Part shown: positions 58,640 to 64,000 of the stretch, one piece after another
Layout of the letters: every line of letters begins with the position of its first letter
Position numbering within the stretch: the stretch's first letter is position 1
Source: a candidate division WOR-3 bacterium
Lineage (GTDB): Bacteria; Hydrothermota; 32-111
Direction of reading: 5' to 3'
Assembly: GCA_039804105.1 (NCBI GenBank)
Contig: JBDRZU010000001.1
Span: 256,001 to 320,000 of the forward strand
DNA length: 64,000 nucleotides
Translations under genes and position numbers: made by a program
The notes under the pieces: generated by a model
Seen by the model: the letters and a program-made list of their open reading frames with translations, nothing else
The model's database searches: none
Told to the model about the DNA's origin: nothing

Positions 58640-60073
58640 TCATTTAAATTTTTGTTTTTCAATAGTTGAAATTTTAAAAAATAAATTTCTGTATTCATTA
58701 AAATTAGCTTCTTTTCTATTAACATAACTATGATAAAAGAAAATTGCAAGAATTGCAATCGTAATTAAAATAGCAAAATCCGTCCTGTTAAAGTTTTTTA
58801 TCAGATTTATCAGATGACTTTTACTTCTTTTTTCAACTAACAACATTTTTAAATCGAATCTTAAAAGAGCATAAGATTTTAAAATAAGAGCAATAAGATA
58901 TAGCCAGAAAAGAATCTTTTCAAATTGGTAAAGAATGAGAAGGAATCTATATTGATACAAAAAGAGCATTGAAAAAGGTAAAGATGTGAAAGAAAAGCTT
59001 GTTATGAAAAAAATTAAAGAATTCGTTGGTTGTTTTATAAAGGAGTTTTTAAGATCATCATCGTCTTCGAAGTCAAACTTGGAAAGTGAATAGAGAAATG
59101 CAAAAAATAACCCCATATAAAAGAACAAAAAGCCTGTATCCATAAAAGTTTCGAATCTATGTTCAAAAAGAATAAGAAGAGCAACTTCATTTGAAATCGT
59201 AAAAAATAAAAAAGTTTTAAAATATTTTATTTTAGGAGATATTAAAAGTATTATATTTACTATGTATGAAAACAGTACTATTATAAAAAGTGAATTTATT
59301 ATTTTTAGTGGAGTCACTAAAAGAAACTTGTTTATAAAAACTAGAGAAGGAAAAGTTAAGAATAAACCAAACAAGGATAACTGTTTTGTGTTCAGAGTTG
59401 ATATGAAATCAGATAAAAATATGTTCAATGGAAAAATAAAAGAAAAAAGAAAAGGAGTAAAAAACAATAAATAAAAAAATAATCCATAAAAAGTTCTAAA
59501 ATCTATATTTTTTGAAATTTCCAAAATATTAGTTGTACTATAATTTTCAAGAAAATTTATAGATATAATAAAAGAGATGAGGAATGCAAAATATATTATG
59601 AATGAAACCTTAAGACTTATAGTGATAAAATTCAAATTTTTGTTTTTATATGTAAACACCAGACATAAAAATGTTAAAAAAGAAAAAATTGAATAAACAA
59701 AAATATCTGAAGTTTTATATAGAAATGGTAAAATCGGAATAGTTAACAAATATAAAAAAGTTTCCTCGTTTTTATCACTATAAGGATCTTTTCTTTTTTT
59801 ATCAAAAAACAAAAAGATAGAATAAAAAAATATAGTCAATGTTTCTATTATATTTGTAGAACAATAAGAATCAAAATGGAAAGTTAAAAAAGAAAAAACA
59901 TTAAAAGCATAGGATTCATTTTTAGAATAAACTATCATCAAAAGTTTATAAAATAAATAGAAAAAAACAAGAAAAGTAAATTGAGTATTAGCAGATTTTA
60001 ATTTAAAACGTTTTACTGAATAAAAAATAAAAATTAAAAGCAATAAAAATAAAATTTCACTCATCATATTCAT
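58640..60073 (-). CDS. MrpD (NuoM/N)-like antiporter subunit, highly divergent
   Basis: Many TM segments, FPLNIFLSD and SFTSLPFS; position in the gene order fits. Confidence 0.55.
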   Translation of the reverse strand: MNMMSEILFLLLLIFIFYSVKRFKLKSANTQFTFLVFFYLFYKLLMIVYSKNESYAFNVFSFLTFHFDSYCSTNIIETLTIFFYSIFLFFDKKRKDPYSDKNEETFLYLLTIPILPFLYKTSDIFVYSIFSFLTFLCLVFTYKNKNLNFITISLKVSFIIYFAFLISFIISINFLENYSTTNILEISKNIDFRTFYGLFFYLLFFTPFLFSFIFPLNIFLSDFISTLNTKQLSLFGLFLTFPSLVFINKFLLVTPLKIINSLFIIVLFSYIVNIILLISPKIKYFKTFLFFTISNEVALLILFEHRFETFMDTGFLFFYMGLFFAFLYSLSKFDFEDDDDLKNSFIKQPTNSLIFFITSFSFTSLPFSMLFLYQYRFLLILYQFEKILFWLYLIALILKSYALLRFDLKMLLVEKRSKSHLINLIKNFNRTDFAILITIAILAIFFYHSYVNRKEANFNEYRNLFFKISTIEKQKFK

Positions 60074-60356
60074 CAGGTCTGAAATTTCTATCAGTTTTTT
60101 TTAAGATTACACTTTTTCTAATCAAAACAAGAATTGTGCTGACAAGTAATAAGTTCAGAATTATAAATGTTGAAATATAAATTATTGTAAGTATATGATG
60201 ACTAATTTTCATTTTTATCATCAGTAAAATTAGAAGTATGGGAAACATTTGAAATAAGGAAATAAAAGTTTTGACTACGGAATCAGTTTTAAAAAAAATC
60301 AACAAGTTAAATATTATGAGAACTATAAGTTCAAAAAAAATAAATTCTCCTGACAT
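60057..60356 (-). CDS. MrpC/NuoK-like small membrane subunit
   Basis: Three TM segments, about 100 aa, directly before the MrpD-like gene. Confidence 0.45.
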   Translation of the reverse strand: MSGEFIFFELIVLIIFNLLIFFKTDSVVKTFISLFQMFPILLILLMIKMKISHHILTIIYISTFIILNLLLVSTILVLIRKSVILKKTDRNFRPDEYDE

Positions 60357-60363
60357 ATTAAAT

Positions 60364-60615
60364 TCACTTTTTTGCTTCTATCTCATTAATAAATTTAATC
60401 ATTAAAATCGAAGTTATAAAAGAATTAAATAAAACAAACAATATAGATATAATATCGTTATCCAAAAAAAAGATTATCAAAGAATAAATGTTTAAAAGAA
60501 TTATGAAAGAAATAACAGAACCTTTTTTGTTGTACAGGATAATAAAATTAACAAGTAAGGCAAAAATGATTAAAATAGATATTATAAAACTGTTGTTCAA
60601 CATTATTCCTCTCAA
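60364..60615 (-). CDS. Small membrane subunit (MbxD/DUF4040-like)
   Basis: Three TM segments; assignment is by position only. Confidence 0.35.
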   Translation of the reverse strand: MRGIMLNNSFIISILIIFALLVNFIILYNKKGSVISFIILLNIYSLIIFFLDNDIISILFVLFNSFITSILMIKFINEIEAKK

Positions 60616-60857
60616 TCTGAAAACATAAAACTAAAAAACTGAAGATAAAAAGCAATAAAAAGATTCAATAAAAATAAAAGTATCAATAAAATTCCAACAA
60701 AAATAAAACCTTTCAAAGCGTTTATGAATGCAACCAAAAGTAAGAAAATTGAAAACAGAATATTTATGAAAACATAAATCCTTTTTTTATAAGGATCATT
60801 TTTCTTTGCAACAATTATCGTTTGAAAAAAAATAAAAAATGTCCATAAAAAAAACAT
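60612..60857 (-). CDS. MrpG-like subunit
   Basis: DPYKKRI resembles the MrpG D.Y.RL motif; three TM segments. Confidence 0.45.
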   Translation of the reverse strand: MFFLWTFFIFFQTIIVAKKNDPYKKRIYVFINILFSIFLLLVAFINALKGFIFVGILLILLFLLNLFIAFYLQFFSFMFSD

Positions 60858-61106
60858 TCAGACCTCTTTGTAATTATCTATTAGGTGTTTTATTATAACA
60901 CCGCTCTGCAAAATGAAGATTATTGAAAAAATAAGTTTAAGTATAGAGAATTTTGGGAAATCAGTAAAAAGAAATATTGTGAGTATAAAAGTATTTACTA
61001 TATTTACAAAAGCAAAAATTCTATCAATCTTTTTCTTTTTAAAACTCAAAAATAAAAAATTTATAAAAAAAATAAAAATAATAAAAACGTAAAAGTATAA
61101 TTTCAT
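60858..61106 (-). CDS. MrpF-like subunit
   Basis: IDRIFAF resembles the MrpF DR..A motif; three TM segments. Confidence 0.5.
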   Translation of the reverse strand: MKLYFYVFIIFIFFINFLFLSFKKKKIDRIFAFVNIVNTFILTIFLFTDFPKFSILKLIFSIIFILQSGVIIKHLIDNYKEV

Positions 61107-61570
61107 AATTTTTGTATCATTCTATTATATCTTGTTTGATAAATTTCAGAATCAAAATCTTTTTTTATTTTTATATTTAAATATTTTTCAGTAAAATATA
61201 TATTTAAAATTGTGATATCCATAAAAAAAATCAGTTTTATGAAAAGATTAACAATCGGATCATCCTTTTCAAGGTTTATTTTTTTTTCAATGATATCATT
61301 TTCATTATTGTTTCTACTGATCAGAATATAAAAAAAATAATAGAAATTTTTTATAATTATCAACACTACAGTATCCATATTTCTAAAAATCAAACTTAAA
61401 AGTTTCTTAAAAGTTTTTAAATTTTCGGTCAACATTGAGAGATACAAAAAAATTAAAAAAATGATTATAATGAATACTAAAATAACCAAGAAAAAATTTT
61501 TCATCCAAAGAAGAATTTCAACCAAAAGCAACATCAAAATTATAAAAAACAGTAGAAAGAAATTCTTCAT
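61103..61570 (-). CDS. MrpE-like subunit, divergent
   Basis: Two N-terminal TM segments plus a soluble part, about 155 aa; first gene of the cluster. Confidence 0.4.
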   Translation of the reverse strand: MKNFFLLFFIILMLLLVEILLWMKNFFLVILVFIIIIFLIFLYLSMLTENLKTFKKLLSLIFRNMDTVVLIIIKNFYYFFYILISRNNNENDIIEKKINLEKDDPIVNLFIKLIFFMDITILNIYFTEKYLNIKIKKDFDSEIYQTRYNRMIQKL

Positions 61571-62571
61571 CTTTTCTCAATATATTTTAAAAGTAATTCT
61601 TTTGTTGCCTTTAAAGCTTTCAAATGTGTTCTTTCAACACCATGGGAAGCTGAAACCCCAGGGCCGATCAATCCAACTTTAAAATCGTAACCAGCCCTGA
61701 GTGCAACAGACCCATCTGAACCGTAATAAGGAAAAACATCTACTTTGTATGGAATACCGTTAGTTTTACAAATTGAGATAAGTTCGTTTTTTAAATCGTA
61801 ATCGTAAGGGCCAGTTGAATCTTTTGCACAGATCGAAACTGAATATTCATCACCCTCGACCCCTTCACCCACTGTTCCCATATCTGCCACTATAAGTTCT
61901 TTTATAGAGGAATCGAATCCAGTCGCTCCTCCGTGGCCAACTTCCTCGTAATTTGAAAAATAGAATAGAAATGGTTTATTTTTGAGTTTTTCACTTTCGT
62001 TGATCAACAAATCGAGAAGTATACCAGCACACGCTTTATCGTCAAGAAATCTTGTTTTAACGAAACCAGATTTTGTAAATTCAAATTTTGGATCAAAAAA
62101 AACAAAATCTCCCACATTTATTTTCAAATTTAACACATCTTCTCGATTTTTTACCTCTTCATCCAATCTTATTATCATGTTTTCAGTTGTTCTTTCACTC
62201 TTTGAAACATCTCTATTAACATGTGTTGATGGATTTTTGATAAGATAGGTGCCAGTGAATATATCACCTTCTGAATTTCTTATTTTACAATAAGATCCCT
62301 CAAATGAATTGTTTGGAAAACCACCTATTTGTGTTATCTTTAAAGTTCCATCCGAATTAATTTCTTTTACCATTCCTCCAAGTGTATCTATATGGGCCGT
62401 TATTGCATATAAAGGTTCATCCCCAGTATAAACCTTCAAAGCACCTTTATTTGTTATCAAAGTTTTGTAACCAAGATTTGAAACTCTTTCCTTAATGTGT
62501 CTGATGATCTCTCTGGTAAAACCTGACGGTGAATCGATTGATACCAATTCTTCAATAAATTTTTCTATCAT
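61567..62571 (-). CDS. M42 family aminopeptidase
   Basis: SPSGFT, AHIDTLG, RFLDDK, EEVGHG and ASHGVERTH motifs. Confidence 0.92.
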   Translation of the reverse strand: MIEKFIEELVSIDSPSGFTREIIRHIKERVSNLGYKTLITNKGALKVYTGDEPLYAITAHIDTLGGMVKEINSDGTLKITQIGGFPNNSFEGSYCKIRNSEGDIFTGTYLIKNPSTHVNRDVSKSERTTENMIIRLDEEVKNREDVLNLKINVGDFVFFDPKFEFTKSGFVKTRFLDDKACAGILLDLLINESEKLKNKPFLFYFSNYEEVGHGGATGFDSSIKELIVADMGTVGEGVEGDEYSVSICAKDSTGPYDYDLKNELISICKTNGIPYKVDVFPYYGSDGSVALRAGYDFKVGLIGPGVSASHGVERTHLKALKATKELLLKYIEKR

Positions 62572-62577
62572 AAAACC

Positions 62578-63999
62578 TCACTTGATCTTAAACATTTTTT
62601 TTAATCTTGTTCCCTTTTTTATAAAATACAGTCCCTTACGTTTAAAATTTTCTGGTAGTTTTCTTCCTAAAATATCATAGCATATTTCTTCGTTTTTAAA
62701 AGTATGGTCATTTTCCTTTTCTTTTGTGTTATCTTCTTTTAAATGTGATACAGGTTTTTCAAAAAATAAAGTAGCACAATTTTTTAAAAGGATATAAACT
62801 CCTTCTTCATCAAATATTATATCTTTCAGATTTCTAAAATTTTTACCTTCGAGATAAACTTTTTGGAAATCATCCTTATACAAAATTATTGAATCCCTTG
62901 TTAAAAAAACAACCATAGTATCATCATAATTGTAAAAATCAACATAGTTAGGGATATAAAAACTTTCATCTTCCAAAAGATCATTATAATCTATTATTGA
63001 AATTTTATCATCATTTTTTAAAGTAAACAATCTATTTTTAAAAGAAAAAATTTTTTTAAAATAAGAACCATCAAAATATGACTTAACAAATTGTCCATTT
63101 TTGGTGAGTTTCAATACTCCATTTTGTCCAGAAATAAAATAGAAAAAAGAATCATACTTTTCAAAATCGTTTGAATTAAAATTTATTTTAAAAAGGTTTA
63201 CGATAGAATCATTTATAAGATCCAGTTTTTTAATAAAACCATTGTTATCAAGAAAATATAAATTTTCGTCAGTGAACTTGATAATACTCACATAAGAATT
63301 TATTGGAAAAAATTTGAAAGAATCATCTCTTGGTATTATAATATCATTATAACAAAGAAGAATGTTTTCTTTTTTTAACAGGGTCTTACTTTTTCCTTTT
63401 GTTTCAATAACTGAATCCTTCAAAAAAATGTAAAAACTATCGTCAGAAAAGAAACCTTTTTTGTTGGATGTTCTTAAAAATCCTTTAAAAGATCTCGAAA
63501 AAACTTTACTGTCTTTAAATGATTTTGAAATCAGAGAATACTTTTTGATTTTGAAACCAGTGTTTATATAAAAAGTATCATTTTCAAACACGATATCTTT
63601 TACAGGATCTTTGAATTCAAAAGAATCAACAGAATAAGTAATAAAAGAATCGATCACGGTTCTTATAAAAAGAGAATCTGAACTTGAAAGTATCAAAAAA
63701 GAATCAACAATAAATCCATTTTCGTAGATTCTGTTATCTGGAACCTCATATAAAAGTTTTAGAGAGTCATCTCGTAAAACAAAAAAGTAGAGGTATTTAT
63801 CATTTGAATTTGAAATTATCGTTGAATATCTATTAAAAAAAAGGAACCTAGAATTGTTAACAAAAAAATTATTTCTTATTAAAAAAGAATCCCCTTGTAC
63901 TTTACCATATTTGATAATTTCCCCATTATTTGTTATAAACAAAAGATTATTGTTTTGAGAAAACACTTTGTCTATCGAATTAAGATTAAAATGTTTTAT
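62578..63999 (-). CDS. Hypothetical beta-propeller-like protein with a T9SS-type tail, 5'-truncated by the window edge
   Basis: The frame is open to the window end; tail CYDILGRK..KGLYFIK. Confidence 0.55.
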   Translation of the reverse strand: MKHFNLNSIDKVFSQNNNLLFITNNGEIIKYGKVQGDSFLIRNNFFVNNSRFLFFNRYSTIISNSNDKYLYFFVLRDDSLKLLYEVPDNRIYENGFIVDSFLILSSSDSLFIRTVIDSFITYSVDSFEFKDPVKDIVFENDTFYINTGFKIKKYSLISKSFKDSKVFSRSFKGFLRTSNKKGFFSDDSFYIFLKDSVIETKGKSKTLLKKENILLCYNDIIIPRDDSFKFFPINSYVSIIKFTDENLYFLDNNGFIKKLDLINDSIVNLFKINFNSNDFEKYDSFFYFISGQNGVLKLTKNGQFVKSYFDGSYFKKIFSFKNRLFTLKNDDKISIIDYNDLLEDESFYIPNYVDFYNYDDTMVVFLTRDSIILYKDDFQKVYLEGKNFRNLKDIIFDEEGVYILLKNCATLFFEKPVSHLKEDNTKEKENDHTFKNEEICYDILGRKLPENFKRKGLYFIKKGTRLKKMFKIK

Positions 64000-64000
64000 C

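Noticed and set aside
56151..61570. Alternative genetic code or organellar insert as the cause of the F/I/L-rich ORFs
   Set aside because: The ORFs are full length under code 11, with ATGA-type overlaps continuous with the flanking bacterial genes.
26024..62680. Many 60-210 aa plus-strand ORFs opposite housekeeping genes (for example 44529-45056 and 47177-47809)
   Set aside because: They are antisense shadows with S/F/I-rich composition and no recognisable motifs.

Overview
This is very AT-rich bacterial chromosomal DNA in the standard genetic code. Several secreted proteins carry Por/T9SS-type C-terminal tails, which suggests an anaerobic FCB-group or candidate-phylum organism (inference). 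The window appears to span the replication terminus: genes mostly run + on the left and - on the right, and converge near a strong 28-bp dif-like site at 25812-25839. The left arm holds ptb, rpiB, tRNA-Ala, envelope genes, an LVIVD-repeat secreted protein, an 11-gene Wzx/Wzy polysaccharide locus and oligopeptidase B. The right arm holds a ~22.6-kb tightly packed run (lat-tdh-kbl-proS-rimP-nusA-infB-rbfA-...-purH-purL-purQ-apt-tRNA-Arg), two lamin-tail-domain secreted proteins, asnS, RNase P RNA, and a 12-gene Mbx/Mrp-type membrane complex. Five observations stand out. (1) Four copies of a 33-39 bp element (…TGTCAAAAAGTCAAGCACCGTCCCCAA), three with a conserved 27-bp upstream dyad, bracket self-contained single-gene cassettes as direct pairs, with no recombinase in the window. 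(2) The Mbx-like complex has intact ORFs but has lost many catalytic and ion-translocating residues. (3) A DnaA-box cluster lies 2.35 kb from dif, upstream of a YycJ/WalJ-like gene. (4) Eight promoter candidates all have a 16-bp spacer. (5) The glycan locus contains an aldolase, an amide-ligase-like protein and a 2-hydroxyacid dehydrogenase in a row. All calls come from reading the sequence by eye; no searches were run.
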